Of a stretch of DNA of 64,000 bases, positions 49,221-64,000 are shown in pieces. The stretch covers positions 4,216,001-4,280,000 of the forward strand of contig NC_042998.1 in assembly GCF_006345805.1 (NCBI RefSeq), in the 5' to 3' direction. Position 1 is the stretch's first letter. Every line of letters starts with the position of its first letter. Made by a program: the position numbers and the translations under genes. The stretch comes from Octopus sinensis (taxonomy: Eukaryota). The notes beneath the pieces are model-generated. The model saw nothing but the letters and a program-made list of their open reading frames with translations, ran no database searches and was not told where the DNA came from.

Positions 49221-52200
49221 TATATATATATATAATTTTGTTTTGATTAATGTGGGATAGCGTTTATTCCGCTTATTTTATCTTTCATCTTCACAAAGTT
49301 CTGCCATTCCCGCTCAGCCTCAATCTAGTCCTCATGGGTAAACGTTAGTTAATGAAATTTGATTTAGAATTTCAAAACCTTTTTAATTTTCGATATCAGT
49401 ATATAGTGAAGTATATAGAAATAAAGCTAAAAAGTAATAGGTATTTTCTTTTATTAGTTGATTGTTTAAGCTCTCGATAGATCATCACAACATAACCTCC
49501 AGATACATTATCACATTTCTAAATAACTCGCATTGGAGTACACAATGTTCAAAAACAATAGAATAGTGGTGGTAGTGGTTTCTTTGGATCACAGCTCAGC
49601 TTGATCATGGATAATTACTGTCTAAACTCAAACGCAATCAACACCTCAAATGCAGCCACCATCAGAATGACAATGCGACGTCAACAGCAAAAGCAACAAC
49701 ATAGTTACTTACAGTGTCCCGAGGAGGTAGAAATACACATTTTTTGTTGAGTTTTTGTGGAATATATCTTAGGAAACAATTAATATTAGAAATTACTTCG
49801 ATTTATATTTATGTCGGAAACAATTTGATTTATATCCATAACTTAATGACAGGAAATGATTCAGCATTTATTTCTTTAACAAATCTTCCGTTACTGATAC
49901 ACTAATGTAATTTATAAACTTGATATTCAGTTTGAACCACTCATTAGGATACATGAGTGGTTCAAGCTTGTTGCAATTTTAGTTGAACATGTTGGTAAAG
50001 GTATTTTAGATAAGAAGAAAAAAAAATTGAGTAATAATATAAGCCTCACTAGTAATATCTAAATGTTACGTATTTTAATGGAATAGGCGTCTCTGAATTA
50101 GCGATAGATCAGACATTCAGAAGATACGGTGCATTTATGAAGCAGTGCTAATAGCAAATCAATAATGCTTCGAAGCCAATAATTTGAGAAATCCACAGTC
50201 TGTATCAAATCTAATATGTTTGTGTACATCATAACATCTCCATATATATGAGAGTATCTTATGTAGGTCATTATGTACAAAAGAAATTTTGCTTAGTAGT
50301 TACATTGTTCTGTGGTATCGTTTATATTCATACTGATGAATACAGTGAGGAACATAATTGGTTTTTGTCCTATTTCCGAAATAGTGTGACTTTTTAAGTA
50401 CGCATAGTTTGTGTAATCCGACCTTAAATTTTGTTTGGATATTGCAAAGTAACACTAGTTATTTAAAATCATTGAATAACTACAAAGTTATTCTTGTTTT
50501 TAAATTGTTCACGGTTGAGAGTGATTATCGGAATATATCCATTAATTTCTTGAAGTCACATAAATCAGAAGATTAGAAATAAATATACTGTTATTGCTCC
50601 TGGTGTTATTGTTGTCGTTGGTGTTGTTTTCGTTGCTGTTGAAGTTTTTGGTGATGTGATGGTGGGGGTGTTGGACGCCGTAGTGTTAAGATTTAGTCAA
50701 TAATTTTTTTACGCTTTGGATTATTGTTGTCCGAACTATTTAAATTTCCAAGTATATTTCTGGAACCACTGGTCATTTAGTATGTGACATTGCTACTATC
50801 TTCTCGATTAGAATATAAGTACTACCTTTAGTTATTTCGGTAGAAAGGAATAATACACAAAAGCAGAACGGTGTACAAAATCAAAATAAGAATCTGCTCC
50901 TTTAAAATACCAAGTAGTATGTATTGGAAACAAACAATCTGAATGAAAGTGAAAAATGTTGGATGTCCGCTGAAAATTATTTAGCGCATTCATTTATGCT
51001 GGAATATATTTCTATTTGATGCTTGGCGGATGTTTACGCATTTGGAGTTCTACTTTTCTGGCTATATGCTGAAACTGAAGCGATTATAGCGTGGAAAACT
51101 CATTTTAGCCATAAAAAAACTCAGAATCTGTTAATTTTACTTCATCATACATTTGTATCAAACTTTTCGCCACAAGTCGACGACTTTTACATTAAGATAG
51201 TGACTAGAATTTGGAAGGCAAAAAATAAATGATTAAATGAAGTTACCATTTCTGTGTATTTTCAAATGACTAAAACGTATCTTTCATTTTGTAGCTCTTT
51301 GCATAGATTGTTAAAAAAAAAGTAAATGCAACCATTATATTAAAACCATGTTTTGTTCACACGAATAATGCATGCCTTCACTAAGCTGCTCTGAAAATTG
51401 AAAACCATTCAAATATTCTAAATAGCAGAGAAGATATGAAATTCTGGTAAACTGTTCTGTATTAGATCCATCTGGAGTTCAGTTCATTCCGTAATATCAT
51501 TCGCATCAATCGTGGCATATATAATAGAATCCGTTTTGATTCTTCAAATTTAGAGTTTGAACGTATCATTTAATGAGTGGTTGGTGACTTTATTATATAG
51601 TTTATGTTGATAATTGTGTAGAAATATTAGAAATATACATAGCACATTTTATTTCTTTCAAGCGTTCACTGGAATCAAACATAAACATTACGTAACCAAT
51701 ATTAATGTCTATTAATATCAGATATTAAATGCGTTACAAGATAAAACGTCACAGTTTTAAAATGCACTGTTTTTAATTTAGTCGTATGAAATAGTTTATG
51801 TACTTCGAACATACATTAATTTCAAAAATTTATTATTGATTTTTTCTTTTTACATTTTTGGCATGCTACTCTTGCTGGTATGCCAATCTACAAATGAGTT
51901 AAAGTCACAAATAAAATATATAATAAATGGTCTGAAATGAAACAAGTTCATTGGAAATTGATAATATTCGATGTTTGATTTCTTTTAATTATCATAAGAC
52001 ATACAAACGCGCTCATATATTACATAAATAATGTACTATACATATGTATGTTTTGCTTCGTGTATGTATACTTATGTATATATGCATATTTGCATGTATC
52101 TATATATGCTTGCATGCACATATGGCAGAATTATTATGTCTCTTTATACTGTGAGTCAATAAGAAGTGGTGTTCAGATACGTGTTTCAGTTCTTTGAACG

Positions 52201-52932
52201 AGATAAAACAAAGTATCACTAAGGCACTTGTATCGGATTAATTGACTGATGATCCAAGCATCTACAATGACCTCAAATCCTAATTAAACCGTGGAATTTC
52301 AACGACGGGTGTCGTGACACAGTACGAGTATACATTTTGTGATATTAATGCTATCGAATTGAAGTATCCTATGTTTTCACCGATGTGCTTATTCTAGTAT
52401 GGTTATCATTTTATGCTGACTAACTATTGCTTATAAATTTGTTAAATGCTGTTGAAATTTCAATGAATAATTCTCTTACAGTAATTTTTAGGTATTATGT
52501 CAAAATTATATTCATATAATTGGCAGTCATATCATGTAGTTCGCATGTGTACATATATACTACCTATTTTGGTACATATATGCTACCTATTTTGGTGTTA
52601 CAATTTTTATTGATCTTTAAAGAAATAACTTGGTAATAGAAATCTGATTCATTAATATATTCTCTGAGCTGATAAATATGGCGCCAATAATTACATGAAG
52701 ATAATATATTAAGTCACAGAACTATATCCAGTTAAAAATGCAGTGAGATTGTGCATTGAAATATTTACAAGTTTATATGCCATCTGTAGTTTAGATTAAT
52801 GTTGTAGTATATTCATGATGATACTTCTTATTAACCTTCATAACTTTTAACATGTTTGCATCTTGTATAGCTATCGTTGATGTAACCTATACAGAGTAAG
52901 ACAAAAGCCATGATGCGTCTGAAAATTTAATA

Positions 52933-53337
52933 TTACTCTTTTACTTGTTTCAGTCATTTGACTGCGGCCATGCTGGAGCACCGCCTTTAGTCGAACAAAT
53001 CGACCCCGGGACTTATTCTTTGTAAGCCCAGTACTTATTCTATCGGTCTCTTTTGCCGAACCGCTAAGTTGCGGGGACGTAAACACACCAGCATCGGTTG
53101 TCAAGCAATGCTAGGGGGAAAAACACATACACACAAACATATACACACAAACTTATATATATATACATATATACGATAGGCTTCTTTCAGTTTCCGTCTA
53201 CCAAATTCACTCACAAGGCATTGGTCGGCCCGGGGCTATAGCAGAAGACACTTGCCCAAGATGCCACGCAGTGGGACTGAACCCGGAACCATGTGGTTGG
53301 TTAGCAAGCTACTTACCACACAGCCACTCCTGCGCCT
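52933..53337 (-). mobile_element. SINE family B (well preserved)
   Basis: Complete head, body, CA/TA tract and tail. Confidence 0.9.
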
Positions 53338-53589
53338 ATATAATTTATTTTAAATATTATTTTTTTCTATATTTTCCTTTATAAGTTTTTGTTATATCGC
53401 AATATTACACAGTGGCTGTGTGTGCTACGAAATCCTCATCGCCACTGTTATATCGCATGTTCGGATGACCTCTACTCAACGTCACGACGTCTAGACTTCT
53501 CCCTTTATATCTACGTATTGAGCTAGCCTACTTCATCGTCTGGGGGCGTCGACGCAACAGTTCTATATAGAAAGAAGGTTAGAGATAAC

Positions 53590-54685
53590 CATGAAAAAAT
53601 TCTTGATCGTATGGCGAACAAAAATTGTGAATTTTTACTATTAAAACGAATGTTTCTGACCCAATGGGTATATCGTTGCTATTACGGTGTGAGAAAATCC
53701 CAAGAGAATCAAGGAATTTGCGTTTGTTCGTTTTGAGGAAGAGAATTCACTAAGCGACCTACTGTGAACAGCCAGACCTCCTTCGGTTAGGAACGAGGCC
53801 ATAGTGGAGCATCAACTTGAAGGTTTACCAGACAAGCTGGAGTCTCTCAGACATCGCTCAAGTCTATTCTTAAATAACTGAACCAGTGTCTGTAAAAATT
53901 GTTATTGGCGTAGATTATGCCCTCAGATAGCACGCAGCAGTATGTCGTCAGCACTGAAGAATTCATCCAGATGTTGATGATACCAAAATCCGCATATTTT
54001 CACTTGAATAGATTCATTAACAAACAAAACAACAGGATTTGGGGTTGATAAAATCTTAGAGTAGTTCACAAAAGTCAATTTTGATTCATTATGTGAACGG
54101 TCTAGTGTTGGGCGACGTCAGAGGAAGATCTCAGGCCTCACTTTGAAGAGGATCGCATTGGAAACCTCATCACTGTTACAGGAGGTGAATATATTTGTAT
54201 ATAATCGACACTTTTTACTCTAAACGCTTAAAAATAAGCATTACATGTGGTTCCAGCAAGAGAGAGAGACAATTCATGCAGCAATGACCACAATCCAAAC
54301 TCCTCAGGCAAGTTTTTGAAGGAAGAATGAATACTCGCGATTGCGGCATAAGCTGACCGCCGCGTTCTCCTTATCTAACAGTTCCTGAGTTCTACGTGTG
54401 GGCTATTTCAAAGAAAAACATTATGTTAACAAGTCTCAGGTACTCTAACTGCTGAAGAACAATTTAGGAGCCGAAATCAGTGACACAGAAAATGCCTTAC
54501 AAAGGTCACATTTGTGTGACGCAGAAAATAGACATCATGTACGAGATGTGATTTTTCACAGCCAGCAAGTATTTATTTCCTATATATATACTATATATGA
54601 TGCTTTGATGTTGTTAATTTAAAGCGAGAAAAAAAGGAGTTATTAAATATTGCATCATCTTCGTGATTTTGGGCCCACCTCGTAC
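53590..54685 (+). mobile_element. Decayed Tc1/mariner-superfamily transposase
   Basis: AYFHLNRFINKQNNRIW, WFQQ and PRSP...FYVWA motifs in the expected order, with stops and frameshifts. Confidence 0.75.
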
Positions 54686-57057
54686 ATATTCTTTTCACAT
54701 ACTAATGGACGTAAGTGACTAGTATCACACCAATCGATGCACATACTCTCCGTGTCTGAACACATATCCTTGAGATATTCTGTCTCCATAGATGAAGTTC
54801 ATTTACTCACAGTATATAGGCTGACGGCTAAGTTTCTGCCGATTACCATTATGTCAATAATATAATTGTGCCTTTGCTTAAATGGAAGTGTGCTGATATT
54901 TTTAGGCACAAGATTTTAATGACACTCAGACGTTTGAGTAGCACTGACTCACAATCTTTCAATTCGCATATTTTAGCTCGGAAACATCAGTTAATTACAA
55001 TTTTTTTCTACTATGAATTGCAATCCTTTAAACAATTTCACCTCTTCATTTTTGGGCAGCCCTTTCTTACCACTATATTTGGTATTTTAATTTTTCTTAT
55101 CTTTTCCCTCGAAGTAAATATAGTATCAGTCAATTTTTCGCAAGTCATATGTTAGAAACATTCAACTACCTCCTATATTAGAATACATTTCTATTGTTTC
55201 CTTTTGTTCGTGTTAAATATTTGCACTGAACATTCGTTCACAAAGAGGCATTATTCATTAACAACATTCTCCTGCTTTTAATAGTCTCCACTCATTGTTT
55301 TCCGCCTTTGCTTCCTTACAAGTGGAATACTGTAGAATAAAGACGGTAATACTTTAGGTAAAGTTTTAATTAAAAGAATACAATATTTCTAAATAATTTA
55401 GGCAATTCCACAATAAATGTACGAGAGAGAGTTAATTCTCGGCAAAATATATCTTAGCGAGGCCATTGCTCTTTGTTGAAAACAGTTACAAGAGCAGGCA
55501 AAAAAACTTTTTTCCATATCTGACTCGATACTTATTCTACGGCGTGACTTCTGATGGTTTTTGTTTTCTTGTTTTCCTAAATCCGGATTGATGAGATAAC
55601 ACTCGAAAAAAGACGTTCAAGATGTGCCCATCAAATTCATCATTCATAGAATCCAAAATTATATAACAAAGTATTATCTCCTTCAGGTTATTAATCAACT
55701 ACAAGTAATCTCTGGTCCACCTAATTCGTTATCAAAGACTTTAGAACCATGACTGTTCTCATTTCGTCGGGAAAAAAAACATACATAACTACATATCATC
55801 CAGTATGATTTTTCTGTTTCAAATGGTAGAAATCGTCTAAGAATGATATTTCTGTGGTTGCTATTAGGTCAAGGGGCCATGTACAATCTTTAGTGTTTAT
55901 TTGATATCCTGTTAAAGTAATCTAATATTAGCATATGCCGCTTTCAGTGTATCACTTATCTCATCTTGTGGCTGCGGTCTAATTGGTCAACTATATAAGC
56001 TATATTGGTATTGCAATTCAGTATTAATGATGATTGGTTAGATTTTTTGTTAATGTACTCAAAACCTTATGAACATGGAAAATAATTTCAATAAATTTGC
56101 AGACCTGTAATATTAAATCAAATTATCAATTCATTATTTTGAAGTGAAATCTACTGAGGAATTTTATTTTTAATATTAGCTTTTGTTAACTCCTCGTTAT
56201 ATATTTATCATCTAGTTATTCCAGTTTTACTCTTTGGTACCTGACTCATATAATCTTTTTGAACTATGTTTTAATAAACAGTGATTGTGTTACATTGTAA
56301 TATTTTGGTCATAGCTAATAACTCTGACTATAAGCCAGCATTTTATTATAACAACAACCTTTCTTAATATTTGTTTATTCATCACTATAGCGATTTTCTC
56401 ATCGCTATTATCATCAGTTTTCCAGAATTCCATTGGTGGCAAATATGATATAAGCAAAAAAGCAAATAGAGAAATTAAATTTTGTTTGTCATGATATAAT
56501 ACAAATTACTTGTATCTGTACGAAACCGTAATCATCTCAACTTCCAATCGATATTATGCAATGAGTAATCCTATTCTTTATATTACATGTCTTCCTGATT
56601 ACCACTGTCTTTTTTCACGGTAGTATGCATAATAGTGACAGATACCGAATGCAAATGGTTCAGAGAATCAAGTCTAGATCGGCTTTGCTGCATGTATAAG
56701 ACTCATCTGTAGTTTTGATGTATATTTGGGCTCAGTCCAACTCGGTAATGTGAAACAAGTCTTCAACGACAACGTCAGTTTGGTCAATATATGTCAGTAG
56801 TATTAAGAAGACAAAATCTGTGCGGAAATCTAATGTTTATCCTGACACACGATGACTTCTGTTATGACGGAAGTTAAAGTCGCACACGCATGCTATTCAA
56901 TCTCGTCATTAATGTATGTCAGTCATGGTTATCAACATGAGACAAAACGTATGTGGTCTTTGAACGTAAACCACTTTGTTTTTCACAAAAAGTGATGTAA
57001 TGTATGCATGCACGAAAATAGGTAGATATGCAGATATGTAGATAAGTGGATATGTAT

Positions 57058-57283
57058 ACTCTTTACTCTTTTGTACTCTTTTAATTGTTCCAGTAATTTG
57101 ACTGTGGCCATGCTGGAGCACCGCTTTTAGTCGAGCAAATCGACCCCAGGACTTATTCTTTGTAAACCTAGTACGCTTTCTATCGGTCTCTTTTGCCGAA
57201 CCGCTACGTTACGAGGGACGTAAAGACACCAGTATCGGTTGTCAAGCGATGTTGGGGAGACAAACACAGACACACAAACATAT

Positions 57284-57362
<79 letters not shown>

Positions 57363-57520
57363 CATATATACAACGGGCTTCTTTCAGTTTCCGCCTACCA
57401 AATCCACTCACAAGGCTTTGGTAGGCCTGATGCTATAGAAGAAGGCACTTGCCCAAGGTCCCACGCAGTGGAACTGAACCCGGAACCATGTGTACTTACC
57501 ACACAGCCACTCCTACGCCT
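57058..57520 (-). mobile_element. SINE family B with expanded internal (TA)n
   Basis: Homology to 52933-53337. Confidence 0.9.
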
Positions 57521-59047
57521 ATGTATTTATGTGTGTGTGTGTGAGAGTGTGTGCGTGCGTGCATATGTGTGTGTGTGCTCGCGTGAATGTGTGCGTGTGT
57601 GTATATAGATACATACACACATATGATTAATTTAGTCGTAACTAATTGTGACTCAGGGTGTCGAAGCACCTATATTGCAAAAAATAAGAGTTATAAACTG
57701 TTAATACTGTAAGAAGCACGCAACATCTATACATTCACAAGACCTACGAGAAGCAGAATAAATGGAAAAACCTTCAAAACTATGTAAACTGAAGAGAAAC
57801 AATTTGCCAAAACTACTTCTGAGCCTTTGCATAACTAGTGCCAAATTAACTATATCTTGCATAAGACCAGGCCAAAGGAAGTGAGATAATACGGCAGTAT
57901 TTTTTTCAGTTGTAGCATATTAGCATGTTTCAGTAGCAGCTCAGTAGGTTTCTTTGAAAGGCTTAACTAAAAACACGTTTAACAACCTTCAATATAGAGA
58001 AAGTTCTTCCAAATACCATTACAATAAATTTTAAATAAAATTATAATGATACGGACTTAAACTAATTTTGCCGGTAAATTTGAAACGTTTATATTAATTT
58101 AGCATTAGAAATCTCCAAGTAGTATAAAAATAGTTATTGTCTGCATCATTCGAAAGAAGAATAAATTCTGTATAAGGTGTAAAAGATAATTTGTATGGTG
58201 TTAGTAACAAAATATTTTGTAAGAAATAGAACTTTTATCATCGATCTTAAATTTATTTTCGCCAGCGTAACTGAAAAATACTAGAGCAACATTTCATGGT
58301 TCTGTCGACAGTTTCTGCTGTAGAGGTCTTGATCACTTGCAAACATGGAGTGGAAAGTACTGGCGCTGTGAAGACATTAATATGGGTCCCAGTCTTCTTA
58401 AACCCCTTATGATTCATCTTTGCGTGATATCTAGCATTTGCATTACAGCACACCAAATATATTGCACACCCATAGTTTTTGGTTTAATTTTTGTCCATTT
58501 ATAATTTTCATTATGGATGATATTTTTCTCTCTTCTCTTAAAAGACAGGCGTTCAAGTGGCATCACTGAAAGATAGATTTCTTGAATAAAATAAGTACGT
58601 ACTTAGTTGAAAGTAGTATTAAAACTACGAATATTACTTAAACAAAAGCCTTATTACAACTAGTAAATCTCATATATTTTCAAATGAGAGATTCGTATAG
58701 TTGTAAGTTTTACTGAAACTGAAATTTGTCTGTAAACCGAGGTAATTATTTTGTTTCGTAGTAATTGTAAATGGTTTAATATTGAACTCTCATTCAAGAT
58801 TATTTTAATACATTTTACATGAAATATGTGATTATCTAAACTTTCGCTTAATGAGCAAATATTTAATTACTTTCGCAATACCTATAATGAAATTCTGTAG
58901 AAGTAAATAAAAAAAATTGTATACATTTGTATGAATAAATATATAAGCATATATATATGTGTGTATGTATGCGTGTATGTGTGTGTGTGTGCATGTATGT
59001 GTGTGAAAGTGAGTGTGTGTATGTATGTATATGAATGTATAATAATT

Positions 59048-59530
59048 CAAGATGAAAGGATTCAGAGTTCGAAATCACGTGACATGGATATATCTGCTAC
59101 TTCTTTTGTTTGACTCACTACGGTAAGGAGTTTTCACGCTTCTTTTCTTTCGTCAACTTTTGGTTTTTTGAGTCGTTTTTTACTCTTGTTTCTAGCAATG
59201 CTGGTACTATTTTGTGCCCTTGTTTATAAATTTGTCTTTAGGTTTGAATTGGTAACGGCCCTTCTCTATTATTTATACTATACACTTTTACAATTTTGAA
59301 TTAGCGCACGCTTCCAACGGTTTTTCTCATGAGTTGACGAGGCGAGTCATGTTACAAACCTAGGCGCAGTAAGACCCACTGACGAGAGCTAAGATGAAAT
59401 ATTCCGTGTCCGAAATCATGTGACATGGATATATCTGCTACTTCTTGAGTGAATTTGTCTCACTACGGTAAGGAGATTTCTCGCTTCGTCTCTTTCTTTA
59501 GGTTTGAATGGCTAACGGGCCACCTATATC
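59048..59530. repeat. Diverged direct duplication, ~340-bp spacing
   Basis: CGAAATCA(C/T)GTGACATGGATATATCTGCTACTTCTT...CACTACGGTAAGGAG...CTTTAGGTTTGAAT occurs twice. Confidence 0.8.
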
Positions 59531-61552
59531 ATACACACACGCACACACACATATAGGCCTCTACTGTTCTTCAAATGCTGTACAGTGTTAGGATCACACT
59601 TATTATGAACATTTTATATTTACAGCCACACAAGCAGGAATCATTAAATATCATTTTAATTATTATGTCCGTGTTAACGTTATTTTCCGGAGATAGTGTA
59701 GTTGCTTCAAAGAAGATGGTTAAAATTTGATTAGGGCTAATGCTATGTTTATATGACACCTTTCACCTATTATACCGGATGTTGATGAATTAAATGAACT
59801 TCAATTGAGATTCATCACATCTTCCCTAATGAAATGTTCACGAAATTTACGATTTAACTTTCGTATTATAAAATCCTATATAACGTGTACTTGATGTGAT
59901 AGAATACTGTTATTTAGGTCTCTTGCAAAATAAATAAAGTTTTAATTAAAGCAAAATTTAAATTCAAGCTGGAGATTAGTGGAGAATTGAAAAGTGTTAA
60001 AAGTCACAAAATTGTTATATTCTAGGAGAAGGCAATTCCAAGTGTTTTGCAAATAATCCCTTTTTATAGGGAGGCGCTACATTGTATTGAAGGAAGGTGG
60101 TATTCACTACCAGCCACACACACATTAGCACACTTATACACACATACAAGAATGGAGAGATAGACGTACGCATATATATACATTTTGTGTACCAATAAAA
60201 ATGTACAGGAAAGTACATCGTCATTTACTTTGCTCTTCAATTATTCATTTGTGCCATCAGAGAAAAACCTAATTAAATGAAATTTACAAAAATTGCTTCT
60301 CATTTCTTTGTTTCGTATTTGTATTAACAACTGATTATATACATTTCCTTTCGCTACTATTGCTTTGTTGGTCTTTTGTCTTGTTTTGCATTAATTCTAC
60401 TTGAAAAATCACCTCCTCATTCCTTGCCTTGTTGAGTTAAACATAAATCTGGCACAGTCAAGTGACGATGTCTTTAACGACAATATAAAACGAGTATTTT
60501 TTCCTCGGTAAGTTTTTCTAAATATATTCCTTTGAAAGAGAAAATTTTTTAATGTAGGCATTGTTACTAACTTCTGATGTGATAGATTACCTTTGTTTAC
60601 TTTGTGAATGAAAACTGAATTTGTGTTTTAAAAAAAGTATTGTTTTTTTTAAACATATAATATACATTATTGTTACCAGAAGTATTAATATTTTATTTAG
60701 AATTCCAAAGAGAAAATTCATTTGTGAAAAATATGTATTTCCAGTCGTGTAATGAATGTTTTTTTTTTTATTAATACTTTGTTGAAACGAAATGTTCTTA
60801 ATTCTTCTTCTTTTCAGAATGGATACTTTTAAAAAGACAGTAATTTCATTTTCAATGATTAATTTCCCATTCTCCAAAGTATTTTATTACACTTGAGATG
60901 CACAGATTTATGAGCCTCACAATGAATTCCTGTTTTACGGGGAAAAATTATCTTCTAATAATCATTTGCAATATGCTTTAATTGGTTTGAGTAGGTACTT
61001 CAAAACACATATATATATAGTAATAAGCAAAATGTTTTTATCTTATAGTTTCATGTAATAAAGAAGAATGATTGTTAAGTAGTTAAAATACCGAATAACA
61101 TAATCAACAATAAGCAACAATGACAATGACAGATAATATTTATGTTTATGTAATATTTATATGTAGAGAGAAATATACTTAGTTGAAACAACAATGTTGG
61201 AATATTATAGAAAATGTGAGAGTTTCTATGTAAGCGCTGGGAGGTACAGAGAGATTGCAGTGTGCATAAAATATTAAGCCTACGAAGGCTTGGTTTTCTG
61301 CGTTACCACAAGTGCTTGTATTGCTGTTGTTTAACACCAGGTCTGTTAACACCAGAAGCGCTCCACTTTTGATCATGTTATCTCTTATTTTGTAATCTGA
61401 TGTTTTCAGATTGTATGGTGTATTTGGGGTAGATTGGGGGTAGTAGGTGCTATAATGATGTTAGATGCAATATAGTGATATCGTGCAGAGCTCTGCTTAA
61501 TAAAAGCATGAAAATTGTTGTAATCTTTCAGAGTTGTCGAAATTTACGCTTT

Positions 61553-61944
61553 CATTTGTTTCATGTCATTTTACTGCGGCCATACAGGAGCACTGCCTTT
61601 AGTCGAACAAATCAACCCCAGGACTCATTCTTTATAAGCCTAGTACTTATTCTATCGCACTCTTTTGCCGAACCGCTTATGTTATGGGGTGGAAGCATAC
61701 CGACATCGGTTGTCAAGCGACAGCCGGGGACAAACACAGACACACACAAACACAAACACACACACGCACACACATAACTACTACAGATTTGTTTCAGTTT
61801 CTGCCTATCAAATCCACTCACAAGGCTTTGGACGGCCCGAGGCTATAGTAGAAGACACACGGTCAAGGTGCTATGCAGTGGAACTGAACCTGGAACCATG
61901 TGGTTGGTAAGCAAGCTACTTACCACACAGCCACTCCTCCGCCT
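61553..61944 (-). mobile_element. SINE family B
   Basis: Homology to 52933-53337. Confidence 0.88.
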
Positions 61945-62269
61945 AGATTTTGTAGATTTTCTTTCGAGGCTTTGTTTTAAAAATTATATAGTCTAAAATT
62001 ACCCCAGTGTCTTTTCTAGAATAATGGGAAACAAGGAAGGAACGCTCAGCATTGGGGAGGATTGTTCGCAGGATATTTAGTTCATCTATGAAGAAATTGG
62101 GCCTCCTTCTCTCTATTTAGTATTAAACATTTGGTTTCCTTTTCATTAACATAAAGAACCAGCATGACATTCGCTGCTGTAGTCCTCATCACACTTGCGT
62201 TCTTAATGAGTTGTGGACTAAGAAGAATGGAGAATAGCGATAGACTACAACATTGAAAATAAAAACGCA

Positions 62270-62860
62270 TTTTGATCCTTAATGAAGTGTGTCAGGCACA
62301 TGCTATATAGCTACAAGTAGAAGAGCACGTATTTCTGCCAAATATCTGCGCGATTTTGGGGGCCAAAAGATTGGTTAAAGATTTTAAAGTCTAGCTCGAT
62401 GACTAACCACAAATCTTGTTGGAAGAAAATTGATAGAACAAAAACGTGAAAACTCCGTCTAAGATACAAGTTGCAATGAACGGTTGCATGCTGATAGACC
62501 ACCCAACCTAGTTTCGATGGTCTGCCAGCAAAATGCGCTTTAAAATTACACGAGGAAGTTCCGACGACATTTAGACAAACGTTTACGGCAACTGACAGAA
62601 GAATTGTATAATTTCTACTCCTTTCAGACCTCTGTTACTATACTGATAAAGGATAGCAACAAGCCGACCGCAATTGGAAAATTCCTGGTGCATAAATCTT
62701 TGAGTGTGGAGCTTGAGATTTTTCTAAGGTATTAGTGAAAACTTTTGGGGCATGACTACCTACGAAAACATAAAACTCATGCGATACGTCATAGAGAAAG
62801 TGAGAAACAATCTAGGAAGTAATCAATTTGAATCTGTTGAAGATATTTGAGTGATTCAAT
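62270..62860 (-). mobile_element. Tc1/mariner transposase relic
   Basis: Minus-strand FFQQD and a frameshifted FWPP.S motif about 70 nt downstream; heavily decayed. Confidence 0.45.
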
Positions 62861-64000
62861 CATCCTTACTTGGCGGCTGCTCTCAGAACGACCGGTTTTG
62901 TTTTTCTTTTTAAGTCATGGGTCGTTGCTCGGTAAGTCACCTCTTTGTACCGTTCCATACTGCACCTCGTCCGTCAGCGGTATCTTCTCTCACATCTTTT
63001 TATATATACTAGCGTTTCGCATTATTATAAATCTATTCTTAGCTTAGTGCTTAACTTCCCGTAATTTTTGTTGGCGTTTCTCGTTTATTCTCACAGTTGT
63101 CAATGACTTCCTTCTCCATCTTGTAATTCTCAGTTTTCTTGAATTTTCTAATTATTTAATGATTCCTTGTATTTGAGGAAAATATAACATTTCTATGTCA
63201 ATTGTTTTATGGTGTATCCTAAAAAGAGACATTATCTTTCGAAGCTATTCAGTAAAGTTTTGTTCATTTCTTTAGATACAACGATAGGTTATTTTTAATG
63301 TGAGAGGTAGAATATTATTCTGTTATTTTCAATTTTCGTGCATTTAATACAGTTTTTATATTAAATGAATGCTTCTATAACAGACATTCTTAAAGTTATC
63401 TTTCGTTTGTGTGTATGAAGTCTCCGTTTAGTTTAACGACTTCTATGTAATTATAAGATTGCGTTTATTATAAAATAATCCCGACTTTATTTTGCTATGT
63501 ACATTTTAATAGTAATACCGTGCAACTCCCTAATCAGCAGCGGTTAATCATTCATTTAGTAGCTTTCCGTATCATTTTAGTCTTATTTCTTAATTATCGT
63601 CTGTAAAATAAATATCAAGGTGGTTAATATGCAAAAGCTACTTAACTATCTTATCGTAACTTTTGTATTGGAGTTCTGTCTGGTTTAACAGTTGGCTAAT
63701 TGAGATAGCATTATTCAGAGAAGGGATAATGAGTTTCGAATACTCTTCTTTCAACTGAGGCTTGGTTAGCTTCAATAATTCTCTCTTTTGCTTGTATATA
63801 TATATATAATTAATAATATCAGGGTAATAAAGATTTTAGAAATTTTTACTGCCAGTGGCCTAGCGTATAGTAAAATTAGTCAATATATATTATTCCTATA
63901 AATATATATTATTCCTATAAAATACAGTGTAGATTTAAACACATTAAGAGGTTTCCATCATAGGGATCATTTACCCCAGAAAGAAAAGCTAAAATTCAAA

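Noticed and set aside
50590-50700. Thr/Pro-rich mucin-like minus-strand reading frame
   Set aside because: No splice acceptor; consistent with a decayed (TGT/TGG)n repeat.
59375-59415. CTGACGA...GAAAT hammerhead-like core
   Set aside because: Stem II does not pair.

Overview
AT-rich, microsatellite-dense metazoan genomic DNA, mostly intronic or intergenic and crowded with transposable elements. The SINE repertoire, TA/CA microsatellites and TTAGGG motif suggest a mollusc, most likely an octopus (inference, not verified by search). No complete host protein-coding gene can be demonstrated; I see only a few candidate micro-exons. The one clear host-type gene is a U6 snRNA (48585-48692), with a tRNA-derived SINE fused directly to its terminator. 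The only long ORF (36078-37877, minus strand) is a 5'-truncated CR1/Jockey-like reverse transcriptase inserted, with a 6-bp TSD, into an R4/Dong-like element that itself sits in a (TAA)n tract. Other elements are about 20 tRNA-derived SINEs of at least four families, Helitrons, and mariner/Tc1 relics. The most interesting observations are two minimal type-I hammerhead ribozyme motifs that are not near any Penelope ORF. One lies in the loop of a 90-bp inverted repeat (502-564, minus). The other lies in a composite element of tRNA-like head, microsatellite and hammerhead (23361-23683). A third, weaker type-III candidate sits just upstream of U6. All structures were read and folded by eye; no searches were run.
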